Assembly (NCBI GenBank): GCA_963663895.2
Contig: CAXXRD010000003.1
Coordinates: 224,001-288,000, forward strand
DNA from: Dehalococcoidia bacterium
GTDB taxonomy: Bacteria > Chloroflexota > Dehalococcoidia > Bin125
Direction: 5' to 3'
Length of the DNA stretch: 64,000 nt
Positions within the stretch are counted from its first letter, which is position 1; every line of letters starts with the position of its first letter. Below, piece by piece: positions 1 to 9,988 of the stretch. Under the pieces are notes generated by a model. That model was not told the DNA's origin. It saw only the letters and a program-made list of their open reading frames with translations, and searched no databases. Made by a program: the position numbers and the translations under genes.

Positions 1-1
1 G

Positions 2-778
2 CGCGGCGAGCTTATTCCGCGGGATGAATGGTCGTTGGCCGTCGTCGGTACGCGGCGAGCTTCCCCTTACGGCCGTCAGACGGCGGAGGAGTTCAGTCGC
101 GAACTAGCGCATAACGGGATCGCAGTGGTGAGCGGGCTGGCCCGCGGCATCGACGGGATCGCGCACCAGGCAGCGCTCGACGCGGAGGGGCGGAGCATCG
201 CCGTGCTGCCGTGCGGACTCGACACGATCTACCCGCCAGAGCACGCGGATCTCGCCCGGCGCATGGCAGACGAAGGCGCGCTGATCTCCGAACAGGCCCT
301 AGGCGTGAAGCCGCGAGCGGACTACTTTCCGCGCCGCAACCGCATCCTGAGCGGACTCACGCTCGGCACGCTGGTGATCGAAGCGGGGGAAAAGTCGGGA
401 GCGTTGCACACGGCGAATTGGGCCAACTCGCAAAACCGCGAGGTCTTCGCCGTACCGGGGCGGATTACCTCTCCGAGCAGTCAAGGGGCGAACGCCCTGA
501 TCCAACAAGGGATGGCGAAGCTCGTGACCAACGTCCGTGACGTATTGGAGGAGCTCAACCTACAGATGGTCGAGCACCAGATCGAACTGGCTCGCGTGTT
601 GCCAGACGATCCCACGGAGTCGCTGATCTTGCAGCAGCTCAGTCAGGAGCCGCTGCACATCGACGAAGCCGTGCGCGCCGCGGACTTGCCCGTCTCGACC
701 GTTAGCAGCACCCTAGCCATGCTCGAATTGAAGGGCTTGGTGCGCCAGGTGGGTCCCATGACGTATGTCCGGGTCTAG
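2..778 (+). CDS. dprA: DNA-processing protein DprA (5' part outside the window)
   Basis: Frame is open from base 2 (RGELIPRDEWSLAVVGTR). Motifs SGLARGID, FPRRNRILSGL, VIEAGEKSGAL, VFAVPG; C-terminal winged helix (LAMLELKGLV). Confidence 0.95.
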   Translation, partial: RGELIPRDEWSLAVVGTRRASPYGRQTAEEFSRELAHNGIAVVSGLARGIDGIAHQAALDAEGRSIAVLPCGLDTIYPPEHADLARRMADEGALISEQALGVKPRADYFPRRNRILSGLTLGTLVIEAGEKSGALHTANWANSQNREVFAVPGRITSPSSQGANALIQQGMAKLVTNVRDVLEELNLQMVEHQIELARVLPDDPTESLILQQLSQEPLHIDEAVRAADLPVSTVSSTLAMLELKGLVRQVGPMTYVRV

Positions 779-3641
779 AGCGAGTAGCGCAGCCACCGCT
801 GCGAAGCGCGGGAAATCGACGAAGCGGGCGGCCAAGCCGCGTGCGCGCGCAACCACGTCCCAACGCGGAGATCCGAAGCGTCGCGGCGGGCAAGGCAAGC
901 GCAAGCGTCACTTGGTCATCGTCGAATCACCGGCCAAGGCGGAGACGATCGAGCGCTTCCTAGACGACGCGTACTTGGTCGACTCTTCCTACGGACATGT
1001 GCGCGATCTGCCGCGCCGCGCGGACGAGCGCCCCGCTTCGATCCGCGAAGAGAGATGGGCCGAACTCGGCGTCAACGTGGACGCGGACTATGCGCCGGTC
1101 TACATCGTGCCGGATGAGAAACGCTCGCACGTCGAGCGCTTACGCGAGGCGCTCAAGGAAGCAGACAGGTTGATCCTGGCGACCGATGAGGATCGGGAAG
1201 GCGAAAGCATCAGCTGGCACCTGCTGGAGCTGCTCGATCCCGCCGTGCCGGTGGACCGCATCGTTTTTCACGAGGTGACGCCAGAGGCGATCGAGGCGGC
1301 GCTGGAAACGCCGCGGGCGCTGGACCGGAACCTCGTAGCGGCCCAGGAGTCACGGCGGATCTTGGACCGCCTGTTCGGCTATAGCCTTTCCCCGCTGCTG
1401 TGGCGCAAGGTGCAAGCCGGACTCTCCGCAGGCCGTGTCCAAAGCGTCGCGGTACGGCTGCTGGTCCAGCGGGAGCGCGAGCGAGCGCGCTTCCACCCGG
1501 CGGAGTACTGGGACCTCGAAGCGACGGTCGCAGCAGCGGAGGGCAGCTGCCGGACGACCTTGCGCCGGCTCGGTCGCGCCCGCCTGCCCACGGGCAAGGA
1601 CTTCGACCCGTCCACGGGCAAGCTCAAGAGCAAGGGCATGCGCGCGCTCAGCGAAAAGGAAGCGCAAGCGCTGATCCCCGAGCTACGAGCGGGAGCTTGT
1701 TCGGTCAGTAACATCAAGGCCTCGCCCGTCACGTCCAGGCCGGCGGCTCCCTTCACGACCTCCACCTTGCAGCAGGAAGCCAATCGCAAGCTGGGTTTCG
1801 GCGCCGCGCGGACGATGCGCGCCGCGCAGCGCCTCTACGAGGGAATCAACCTGGGGGCCGAGCGCGAGGGCCTCATCACCTATATGCGGACCGACTCGGT
1901 CACGCTCGCGGCCTCCGCTCTCGACGAGGCCCAGGAGGTGATCCGCACGCGTTTCGGCGAAAACTTTGCGAAGGGGCCGCGCTTCTACACCTCGAAAACC
2001 CGCAACGCCCAAGAGGCGCACGAGGCGATCCGGCCCACCCATATCCATCGGGATCCGCAGCAGCTCAAGGGCGTGCTCTCCGATGATGATCTGCGGCTCT
2101 ACAGGCTGATCTGGCAACGCACCCTGGCGAGCCAGATGCCAGACGCGAAGCTGGAACGCACGGTAGTCGAGTTCACCGTGCCGCTCGGCAAAAAAGCCGA
2201 CGACCCAGCAATCTTCGAGGCGCGGGGGCAGCGGATCCTCTTCCAGGGATACCTGCGCGTTTACCAAGAGAGCAGCGACGATCCCGAGGATGAGCGCTCC
2301 GGAAGCGAGCAGCCGCTGCCCACGTTCGCAACCGGGGAGAGAGTGGAAGCCAAGGCGATCACGCCCAAGCGGCACGAGACGCTGCCGCCGGCGCGCTTCA
2401 CGGAAGCGAGCCTCATCAAGCAGCTCGAAGAAGAGGGGTTGGGCCGGCCGAGCACCTACGCGGCGATCCTCGACACGGTCCAAGCGCGCGATTACGCGTT
2501 CAAAATGAAGGGCGGAAACGCGCTCGCGCCCACCTTCCTAGCGTTCGCGGTCACGGAGCTGCTCGAGCGCCACTTCGGAGACCTCGTCGAGCCGCGGTTC
2601 ACGGCGCAGATGGAAGAGACGCTGGACGACATCGCCAGGGGCGAGGCCGACGCCGTGACACACCTGCAACGTTTCTACCGGGGCAGCAGGGAGGAGCCGG
2701 GCCTCGAACCGCGGATAGACAACGAGCTTCCCAACATCGCCTTTCCCGCGATACCCGTACCCGTAGGAGACGACCCGCAGAGTCGCGAGTCCATGACCGT
2801 GCGCATTGGGCGCTTCGGTCCCTACTTGCAGAAAGGCCAAGGCGAGAACGGCAGCACGGTCTCGCTACCCCAGGATCTGCCGCCGGCGGACCTATCGGTT
2901 GACAAAGCGGCGGCGCTATTCGCAACCAGGGAGAATGAGCCACGGAAACTCGGTCGCGACCCCGAGAGCGGGCTGGACGTGCTGCTGCAAACGGGCCGCT
3001 ACGGCGCCTACGTGCAGCTCGGCCCGAACCCCCCCAACGATGGGAAGCGAGCGAAAAAAAACGCGCCCAAACCTAGGCGCGCCTCGGTACCTAAGGGAGT
3101 GGAGCTGCAAGAGGTCACGATCGAAGACGCGCTCACCTGGCTCTCATTGCCACGCAAGCTCGGGAGCGACCCCAAGACGGGCGAGGATGTGATCGCCGCG
3201 AGTGGACGCTACGGTCCCTACGTCCGAAGCGGTAAGGAATCACGGTCGCTCCAGGACACGGACGATATCTACACGATCAGCCTGGACCGCGCGCTGGAGC
3301 TCTTGGCGGAACCGCGCAGCACCGGCTTTCGGCGCCGACAGCGGGCCAGAGTGCTGGCGGAGATCGGCAAGCACCCGCAGAGCGGCGCACCGATCCAAGC
3401 GCTGCAGGGCCGATACGGACCGTACGTGAGCGACGGCACCACCAACGCGAGCATTCCGCCGGACCTCGACCCAGCCACTCTCGACCTGGAGCGGGCGGTC
3501 ACGCTGATCGCGGAGCGCGCCTCGCAACCCAAGCGAGGCGGCCGGCGCCGCGCCGCGAAGAAGGGCGCGCGCAAGACGGTGCGCACGGCGAGCGCTGTAA
3601 AAGCGAAGGCGAAAACCGCGCAGGCGAACCCAGATCTTTAA
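765..3641 (+). CDS. topA: DNA topoisomerase I (type IA) with C-terminal Topo_C repeats
   Basis: LVIVESPAKA, ATDEDREGE, SAGRVQS, LITYMRTD (catalytic Tyr), GLGRPSTY. Four G-R-[FY]-G-x-Y repeats and a basic tail; no Zn fingers. Confidence 0.97.
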   Translation: MSGSRASSAATAAKRGKSTKRAAKPRARATTSQRGDPKRRGGQGKRKRHLVIVESPAKAETIERFLDDAYLVDSSYGHVRDLPRRADERPASIREERWAELGVNVDADYAPVYIVPDEKRSHVERLREALKEADRLILATDEDREGESISWHLLELLDPAVPVDRIVFHEVTPEAIEAALETPRALDRNLVAAQESRRILDRLFGYSLSPLLWRKVQAGLSAGRVQSVAVRLLVQRERERARFHPAEYWDLEATVAAAEGSCRTTLRRLGRARLPTGKDFDPSTGKLKSKGMRALSEKEAQALIPELRAGACSVSNIKASPVTSRPAAPFTTSTLQQEANRKLGFGAARTMRAAQRLYEGINLGAEREGLITYMRTDSVTLAASALDEAQEVIRTRFGENFAKGPRFYTSKTRNAQEAHEAIRPTHIHRDPQQLKGVLSDDDLRLYRLIWQRTLASQMPDAKLERTVVEFTVPLGKKADDPAIFEARGQRILFQGYLRVYQESSDDPEDERSGSEQPLPTFATGERVEAKAITPKRHETLPPARFTEASLIKQLEEEGLGRPSTYAAILDTVQARDYAFKMKGGNALAPTFLAFAVTELLERHFGDLVEPRFTAQMEETLDDIARGEADAVTHLQRFYRGSREEPGLEPRIDNELPNIAFPAIPVPVGDDPQSRESMTVRIGRFGPYLQKGQGENGSTVSLPQDLPPADLSVDKAAALFATRENEPRKLGRDPESGLDVLLQTGRYGAYVQLGPNPPNDGKRAKKNAPKPRRASVPKGVELQEVTIEDALTWLSLPRKLGSDPKTGEDVIAASGRYGPYVRSGKESRSLQDTDDIYTISLDRALELLAEPRSTGFRRRQRARVLAEIGKHPQSGAPIQALQGRYGPYVSDGTTNASIPPDLDPATLDLERAVTLIAERASQPKRGGRRRAAKKGARKTVRTASAVKAKAKTAQANPDL

Positions 3642-3714
3642 GCGCGGCGCTTGCACGCAGCCCGAGGAGCACTAGAGTATCCCGGCTCTTGGGTGGCGGG
3701 CCCAGAAGGGCCCC

Positions 3715-4707
3715 GTGACGGCGACCATCTCCGATCCGGCCGCGCTCCTCGATCGCTATCTCTCCCAGCTCGCGGATCAGCGCCAACTCTCCCCCTACAC
3801 GCTGCGGAACTATCGCTCGGATCTCCTGCAGTTTCTTGGCTATTTGGCGGAGCAAAAGACGCCGCTGGAAAAGGTAACGCGGCATAGCTATCGCGCCTAT
3901 CTCACCAAGCTGCGGGAAGAGGGCGCCGCCGTAGGGAGCCTGCGGCGCCGGGCCAGCACGATTAAGGGATTCTTCAAACACTTACACGCCTGCAAGCTGC
4001 TGCCCAGCGACCCCCTGCGACTCGCGAGCGCCCCGAAAACCCCGGCACGCCTGCCGACTTTCCTGAATGAACAAGAGATCGACGCACTGCTGGCCGCACC
4101 CGAGATCAACAAACCGGCCGGGCTGCGAGACCGGGCCATCCTGGAAGTGCTCTACGGCGCCGGGCTGCGGGTGAGCGAGCTGGCGAAACTCCGACTGCCT
4201 GCAATCGACTGGGAGAACAAGCTCCTGCAAGTTCAGGGGAAAGGGGGGCGCGAGCGCGTCGCGTTGCTGGGCCAGGGAGCACTGGCGGCGATTCAGGACT
4301 ATGTCCGTGAAGGTCGGCCGGCCTTGGTCGGCGACAAAAGCGAAAACTGGCTCTGGCTGAACCGGTTCGGCGGGCCCCTGTCCGCAAGAGCGGTGCAGCT
4401 GGCCGTTCGTCGCTATGCCGTCCAAGCAGCGCTGTCCAAGAGCGTCCACCCGCACCTGCTGCGGCACACGTTCGCCACCCACATGCTCGAGCGTGGCGCG
4501 GATGTACGTATCGTGCAGGAGCTGCTGGGCCACGCGAGCGTGGGAACGACCCAGATTTACACGCACGTGACAGAAGCAGCCAAACGCGCCACTATTGAGG
4601 CGTCTTTGGACGGTATCAGCGAGCAGCTCCAGGTGCGGCTGACGGCGCGGCGCGAATCCCAGCGCCCCAGCGCGGCGCATCGCAACGAGGAGTCGCGGGC
4701 CTCTTGA
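3715..4707 (+). CDS. xerC: Tyrosine recombinase XerC/XerD
   Basis: LYGAGLRVSEL, GKGGRER, HPHLLRHTFATH, LLGHAS-VGTTQIYTHV; sits in the usual dprA-topA-xer context. Confidence 0.9.
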   Translation: MTATISDPAALLDRYLSQLADQRQLSPYTLRNYRSDLLQFLGYLAEQKTPLEKVTRHSYRAYLTKLREEGAAVGSLRRRASTIKGFFKHLHACKLLPSDPLRLASAPKTPARLPTFLNEQEIDALLAAPEINKPAGLRDRAILEVLYGAGLRVSELAKLRLPAIDWENKLLQVQGKGGRERVALLGQGALAAIQDYVREGRPALVGDKSENWLWLNRFGGPLSARAVQLAVRRYAVQAALSKSVHPHLLRHTFATHMLERGADVRIVQELLGHASVGTTQIYTHVTEAAKRATIEASLDGISEQLQVRLTARRESQRPSAAHRNEESRAS

Positions 4708-5150
4708 AAATCTTACTCGTCTCCGGTCCCAACCTGAACCAGCTAGGGCAACGCGACCCAGCCCTCTACGGCCACCAGAGCCTCGCAGAGATCGAGGGGC
4801 TGGTGCGCAAGCGGGCCGATGAGTGGAGCGTAGAGATCGGGCCCTATCAATCGAATCACGAAGGCGCCCTGATCGACTTCATCCAAGAAGAGCGCGGCGC
4901 CGAGGGGATGATCATCAACCCCGGCGCTTTGGCGCACTATGGATACGCGCTCCGCGATGCAATCGAAGCATTCCCCGGCAAGGCCGTGGAGGTGCACATC
5001 TCCAACGTCCACGCCCGAGAGGAGTTCCGGCGCTCCTCGGTAACGGCACCGGTCACGGACGGCTTCGTAGCAGGGCTGGGCTGGCGGGGATATCTCGCTG
5101 CACTCGACGCACTAGTGGGGCTGCTGCACGAAGCAAAGGACGCCAAGTAA
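4704..5150 (+). CDS. aroQ: Type II 3-dehydroquinate dehydratase
   Basis: GPNLNQLG.R.P..YG, QSNHEG, INPGA, EVHISNVHAREEFR. Confidence 0.96.
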   Translation: MKILLVSGPNLNQLGQRDPALYGHQSLAEIEGLVRKRADEWSVEIGPYQSNHEGALIDFIQEERGAEGMIINPGALAHYGYALRDAIEAFPGKAVEVHISNVHAREEFRRSSVTAPVTDGFVAGLGWRGYLAALDALVGLLHEAKDAK

Positions 5151-5237
5151 CGCATGCGCCCATCGCAGCGGCGCGATGCACGCTAGGCTAAGTTCCGGCT
5201 CCGCCACATATCGGACAGCCGACGACAGGAATGGATC

Positions 5238-6359
5238 ATGAGCGACGCGAGCGCTGCCGAGAGCGTCTTGGGCGCCGCCCGGATCGCATCTTTGCTCGAG
5301 CGCTTGACGACCACGGACCTCGACGGGCTGCTGGTCACCGACCCGCACAACCGTCGCTATCTCTCAGGCTTCTCGGGATCCGCGGGCATGCTGCTCGTCA
5401 CCGGCGACCGCACAGCCCTCGCAACGGATTTCCGCTACTGGCAGCAGGCCGCGTCGCAGACGCACGGTATCGAGATCTTCAAACAAGAGGGCAAGCTCTC
5501 GGCGTGGTTGCCCGAACTGTTGGCGGGGCTCGGCGGAAAGAAGATCGGATACGAAGCAGGACATGTGAGCGTCGCACTGCACAAGCAGCTCCGCGAAGCG
5601 ATCGCGGGCATGCCGACCGGGGACCGCGCCTCATTGGTGCAGAGCGAAGGCGTGGTGGAAGGCTTGCGGACGGTAAAGGACGAAGCGGAGAAGCAGGCGC
5701 TGGAGCAGGCGGTGCGCCTGGGCGACGAGGCATTCGCGGCCGTATCCGCCCTGATCGAACCCGGCTGGACGGAGAAGCGCGTCGCTTGGGAGATCGAACG
5801 CTATGCCCGTGAGCACGGGGCGGAGGGATTGTCGTTCCCCACGATCGTAGGCGGCGGGGCGTGGGGCGCGATGCCGCACGCCTACCCACGCGACGAGCCG
5901 CTGCACGAAGGGGAACCCATCGTGATCGATATGGGTGTGATCGTTGCGGGATATTGCTCTGATATGACGCGAACGATCGTCCTGGGAAAGCCGGATGCGC
6001 AGTTCGGCGCCGTCTATGAAATCGTCCTGCTGGCTCAAGAGACGGCAGAAGCTACGATCGAGGCGGGAATGACGGGCGAAGCGGCCCACATGATCGCGCA
6101 GGCCATCATCGCCGAGGCCGGACACGGCGAGCGCTTTGGGCATGGGCTGGGGCACGGCGTGGGCTTGGAGGTCCACGAACGCCCGCAAGTCAGCGCCACC
6201 TCGAAGGATGTGATCGAGGAAGGCATGGTGATCACCGTCGAGCCCGGGATCTACATTCCCGGCTGGGGAGGCGTACGCATTGAGGATCAAGGCGTGATCG
6301 AGGACGGCAAACTGCGCGTGTTTACCGAGGCGCCAAAGCTACGAATGGTCGGTGTGTAG
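5238..6359 (+). CDS. Xaa-Pro aminopeptidase (M24 family)
   Basis: Creatinase-N domain; metal motifs DMG...YCSDMTRT, HGLGHGVGLEVHE, TVEPGIY, GVRIED; directly upstream of efp. Confidence 0.93.
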   Translation: MSDASAAESVLGAARIASLLERLTTTDLDGLLVTDPHNRRYLSGFSGSAGMLLVTGDRTALATDFRYWQQAASQTHGIEIFKQEGKLSAWLPELLAGLGGKKIGYEAGHVSVALHKQLREAIAGMPTGDRASLVQSEGVVEGLRTVKDEAEKQALEQAVRLGDEAFAAVSALIEPGWTEKRVAWEIERYAREHGAEGLSFPTIVGGGAWGAMPHAYPRDEPLHEGEPIVIDMGVIVAGYCSDMTRTIVLGKPDAQFGAVYEIVLLAQETAEATIEAGMTGEAAHMIAQAIIAEAGHGERFGHGLGHGVGLEVHERPQVSATSKDVIEEGMVITVEPGIYIPGWGGVRIEDQGVIEDGKLRVFTEAPKLRMVGV

Positions 6360-6374
6360 GGGCAGGAGCAACCC

Positions 6375-6947
6375 GTGACGATGACTACCAGCGACCTGAA
6401 AAAGGGCGTCGTAATCGAGATGGACCACACTTTGCTACAAGTGGTCGATTGGGAGCACATCAAGATGGGACGCGGCAGTGCGCAAGTACGACTCAAGCTG
6501 CGCGACTTGCGCGGGGGGCACACGATCGAGAAGACCTTCCAGGCAGGCAGCAAGTTTCAGCGAGTACGGATTGACCGGAGGGTGATGCAGTATCTCTATG
6601 CTGAGGGGGATCTGCACCACTTCATGAACACGGAGACCTACGAGCAAACGCCGATCTCCGGGGCGCTCATCGGTGATGCAATGAAGTACCTAGCCGAGAA
6701 CGCCGAAGTTGATGTGCTGTTCAACGGTGACGATCCGATCGGGGTCGAACTGCCGGCTTCAGTGGAGTTGCGCATCACCGAGAGCGAACCGGGTGTGAAG
6801 GGCGACACGGCTTCGGCGGTGCTCAAGCCCGCTACGCTGGAAAGCGGGCTCGTCGTCCAGGTGCCGCTCTTTGTCGAGCCAGGCGACGTGATTAAGGTCA
6901 GCACGCGCACCGGTGCGTACCTTGAGCGCACCTCGACGGCGGAGTGA
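6375..6947 (+). CDS. efp: Elongation factor P
   Basis: HIKMGRGSA loop (Arg-type), PGVKGDT, KPATLESG, VQVPLFV. ATG at 6381 is an alternative start. Confidence 0.97.
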   Translation: MTMTTSDLKKGVVIEMDHTLLQVVDWEHIKMGRGSAQVRLKLRDLRGGHTIEKTFQAGSKFQRVRIDRRVMQYLYAEGDLHHFMNTETYEQTPISGALIGDAMKYLAENAEVDVLFNGDDPIGVELPASVELRITESEPGVKGDTASAVLKPATLESGLVVQVPLFVEPGDVIKVSTRTGAYLERTSTAE

Positions 6948-8296
6948 GCACGGGCCGCACACACGGAGCGGCGGCCATGAACGACCCCTACAGCGAATAC
7001 CACGAGCGTACCCGGCAGGCCGATCCAACAGAGGGACCACCGCTCTACCAACAACCATCCGACGTCGGGCCCGTGCGAAGCTACAGCGTCGGCAGGATTG
7101 CAGGCTATCTGCGTGATCTGCTGGACACGGACCCGCTGGTTACGGACATCTGGATCGCCGGGGAGGTCACCAGTCTCACCCGCTCGCAAGCCGGGCACCG
7201 ATATTTCACGCTCTCCGACGAGGAGGGCGCGCTCCGCTGCGTTCTCTTTCGACGAGAGGGCTTGGGAATGCAGTTCAACCAAGGAGAGCAGGTACTGGCG
7301 CACGGACGCGTCTCGCTCTACCAGGAGCGAGGGGATCTGCAGTTCTATGTTGATGCCCTCCAGCCCGAAGGCGTGGGAGTTCTGTATGCGGAATTCCGGC
7401 GCCTGCTGCTGCAACTGGAGAGTGAAGGCCTGTTCGATCCCGCGCGAAAACGGCCGCTGCCGCGCTACCCACGCAGGATCGGTGTCGCGACCTCACCAGT
7501 AGGGGCGGTCTGGCACGACATCCAGTCGGTGCTGCGGCGACGCTGGCCCATGACCCAACTGTTGCTGGCACCCTGTCAAGTGCAAGGCGAGGGCGCCGCC
7601 GCGACGATCGTGCAAGCGATCGCCGATCTCAATCAGATCTCGGAAGGGGGTACCGCACCTCTGGATCTGATCATCGTCGCCCGCGGCGGCGGATCGGTGG
7701 AAGATCTCTGGTCCTTCAACGATGAAGCCGTAGCGCGGGCGATCTTCGCAAGCAGGCTGCCAGTCGTCAGCGCGGTGGGACACGAGACCGACTTCACTAT
7801 TTCCGACTACGTGGCGGATGCACGGGCGCCCACGCCCTCGGTAGCGGCGGAGATCGTCGTACCAACGGTCGCCGCAGAAGAGGAACGGCTGCGGGCGGCC
7901 CGATCGAGCTTGGTCTTGGGGTTCGATCGGGCGCTGCGGGCGGCGCATGAAGACCTCGGAGAAGTCCGCGTGCGACTGCACGAAGCGGCACCGGATATCG
8001 AGCCGCTGCGACGCGAGGTGATCGGACTGCAATCCCAGGCTGGAGAGTGCGCCGCCCAAACCCTCGTGCTGCTGAGCACCGCCCTGACGACGCTGCGGGC
8101 GCGCCTCGCCGCATTGGATCCCGCCGCTACGCTGAGTCGCGGCTATGCGCTGGTACTGAATGCATCAGGGCGCCCTTTGCTTCGGGCGGCCTCCCTGCAG
8201 GAGAACGAACAAGTGCGGTTGCGATTCCAAGATGGCGAGGTCGGCGCACTGATCACGGAAGCGCTCCCGCAAGATCCCGCCACGGAGGCATACTGA
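6944..8296 (+). CDS. xseA: Exodeoxyribonuclease VII large subunit
   Basis: GEV...GHRYFTL, ARGGGSVEDLWSFNDE, SAVGHETDFTISD, APTPS, TLSRGYA. Exact start uncertain. Confidence 0.95.
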   Translation: MSTGRTHGAAAMNDPYSEYHERTRQADPTEGPPLYQQPSDVGPVRSYSVGRIAGYLRDLLDTDPLVTDIWIAGEVTSLTRSQAGHRYFTLSDEEGALRCVLFRREGLGMQFNQGEQVLAHGRVSLYQERGDLQFYVDALQPEGVGVLYAEFRRLLLQLESEGLFDPARKRPLPRYPRRIGVATSPVGAVWHDIQSVLRRRWPMTQLLLAPCQVQGEGAAATIVQAIADLNQISEGGTAPLDLIIVARGGGSVEDLWSFNDEAVARAIFASRLPVVSAVGHETDFTISDYVADARAPTPSVAAEIVVPTVAAEEERLRAARSSLVLGFDRALRAAHEDLGEVRVRLHEAAPDIEPLRREVIGLQSQAGECAAQTLVLLSTALTTLRARLAALDPAATLSRGYALVLNASGRPLLRAASLQENEQVRLRFQDGEVGALITEALPQDPATEAY

Positions 8297-8511
8297 TGGC
8301 CAAGCAAGACAGCAGTCACCCAGCCTATGAAGAGTTGCTGGAGAAGCTCGCAGCGAGCGTCGCACGGCTGGAGAGCGGCGGACTGACGCTCGACGAGGCC
8401 CTGGCTACTTACGAGGAAGGGACCGCGATCGCCGCGCAGTGCCAAGCGTTGTTGGAAACGGCCGAACAAAAGATCCGTGAGCTACGGCAAGTGGTGGAGC
8501 CCGAAAGCTAA
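8296..8511 (+). CDS. xseB: Exodeoxyribonuclease VII small subunit
   Basis: ATG at 8296 overlaps the xseA stop (TGATG); YEE...L...VARLESGGLTLDEALATYEEG. Confidence 0.93.
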   Translation: MAKQDSSHPAYEELLEKLAASVARLESGGLTLDEALATYEEGTAIAAQCQALLETAEQKIRELRQVVEPES

Positions 8512-8513
8512 CC

Positions 8514-9206
8514 ATGGCACGTGCGGACCTGCACACTCATACCCGGCGTTCCCCCGACGGATCGACCTCTCCCGTTGCCTTCGTCCAGCGCTGCCTCGCG
8601 CGCGGCCTGACGCACGTAGCGGTCACCGATCACAATACGATCGCGGGCGCGCATGCCATCGCCGCCCAGGCAGCGGGGCGCATGACGGTGATCACCGGCG
8701 AGGAGGTAAGCACGACAGCGGGAGAGCTCATCGGGCTGTTCCTCGATCAGCGCGTGCCTCCTGGCCTGTCGCTGTTCGAGACGGTGGAGCGCATCCATGT
8801 GCAGGGCGGGCTTGTGATGGCGCCTCATCCATTCGATCCGCTGCGCCCGGGAATCCGGCGGGCGGGCCTGCGAGCGATCGGCAACGCGGTCGACATCATT
8901 GAGGGTTACAACGGCCGTGCGCTGCTCGGCCGCTTCGATCGCGCGGCGCGGCGCTGGGCGGAGGAGCACGATCGACCTGTGGGGCTTGGATCGGACGCGC
9001 ACGTCGAGGCGGAGCTGGGCCGGTCCATGATGGACCTGCCCGATTTCGACGGTCCCGACGAATTGCTTGTGGCGCTCCGCGAGGCCCGCTATTCCCTCGC
9101 TCCGCCAGCCTTTTGGCTGTTGCCGCTGAGCGGCGTTGCACTCGCGCGCCACTGGAGCGCCCGTGTAGCGCGATCCGCGCTTTCGAGAGCGGAGACGAAG
9201 CCATGA
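8514..9206 (+). CDS. PHP-domain metallophosphoesterase
   Basis: DLHTHT, AVTDHN, GEEV, PHPF, GSDAH. Confidence 0.9.
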   Translation: MARADLHTHTRRSPDGSTSPVAFVQRCLARGLTHVAVTDHNTIAGAHAIAAQAAGRMTVITGEEVSTTAGELIGLFLDQRVPPGLSLFETVERIHVQGGLVMAPHPFDPLRPGIRRAGLRAIGNAVDIIEGYNGRALLGRFDRAARRWAEEHDRPVGLGSDAHVEAELGRSMMDLPDFDGPDELLVALREARYSLAPPAFWLLPLSGVALARHWSARVARSALSRAETKP

Positions 9207-9988
9207 CGCTACCGATCGCCTGGTTCGCAACCGCGCGCGGCACCAGCTCCCGCCTGTTGTTCGAGAAGGTGCAGACGGCCATTGAGGCGGGCGAACTGGA
9301 CGCGCAAATCGTGGTCGCGTTCTGCAACCGCGAGCGCGGCCAGTCCGAGAACACCGACGCTTACCTGAACGCGGTCGCCGCGGCGGGCGTGCCCATTGAA
9401 ACGCTTTCATCGAAAGCATGGCGCGAACGATCGGGGGGGGCGACATCCAAGCCGGGCACACCCCTGCCTCAATGGCGCCACGACTTCGACACGGCCGTAT
9501 ACGAGCGGATTGCTCCGTACCGTCCGGCGATCGGCGTTCTCGCCGGATACATGCTGATCGCGACGGCGGCGCTGTGCGAGCGCCTCCCTCTTCTCAATCT
9601 GCACCCGGCCGAGCCCGGCGGACCGATCGGTACATGGCAAGAGGTGATCCGAGTCCTGATCGAGCAACGAGCGGAACGAAGTGGAATGATGATCCAGCGC
9701 GCGACCACCGCCCTCGACCGAGGGCCGATCGCGACGTGGTGCCGCTACTCAACGCGCGGCGGCCCGCTCGATGCGCTCTGGGCGGCACGCAGCGGGCCAC
9801 CGTCGGACGAAGAGCCGCTCTTCCCAGCACTCCGTGAGTTAGGCGTGCAACGGGAGCCGCACTTCCTCGTGGCATCGTTACGAGCGCTGGCGGACAGGCG
9901 CGCACCACTGCCACCACTCACGGGCCGCGGCCCGGAACTGGACCTGAGCGCAGACGTAGAACGTCTCCTCAAGAACAAGGGCCGGTGA
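9203..9988 (+). CDS. purN: Formyltransferase, PurN-like (divergent)
   Basis: ATG at 9203 overlaps the upstream TGA; VLAGYM, LLNLHP, LDRGP motifs. Confidence 0.7.
   Translation: MTLPIAWFATARGTSSRLLFEKVQTAIEAGELDAQIVVAFCNRERGQSENTDAYLNAVAAAGVPIETLSSKAWRERSGGATSKPGTPLPQWRHDFDTAVYERIAPYRPAIGVLAGYMLIATAALCERLPLLNLHPAEPGGPIGTWQEVIRVLIEQRAERSGMMIQRATTALDRGPIATWCRYSTRGGPLDALWAARSGPPSDEEPLFPALRELGVQREPHFLVASLRALADRRAPLPPLTGRGPELDLSADVERLLKNKGR

Noticed and set aside
3715-4707. Tyrosine recombinase as a prophage or island integrase
   Set aside because: Xer-type motifs in the housekeeping dprA-topA-xer context; no att sites or phage genes.
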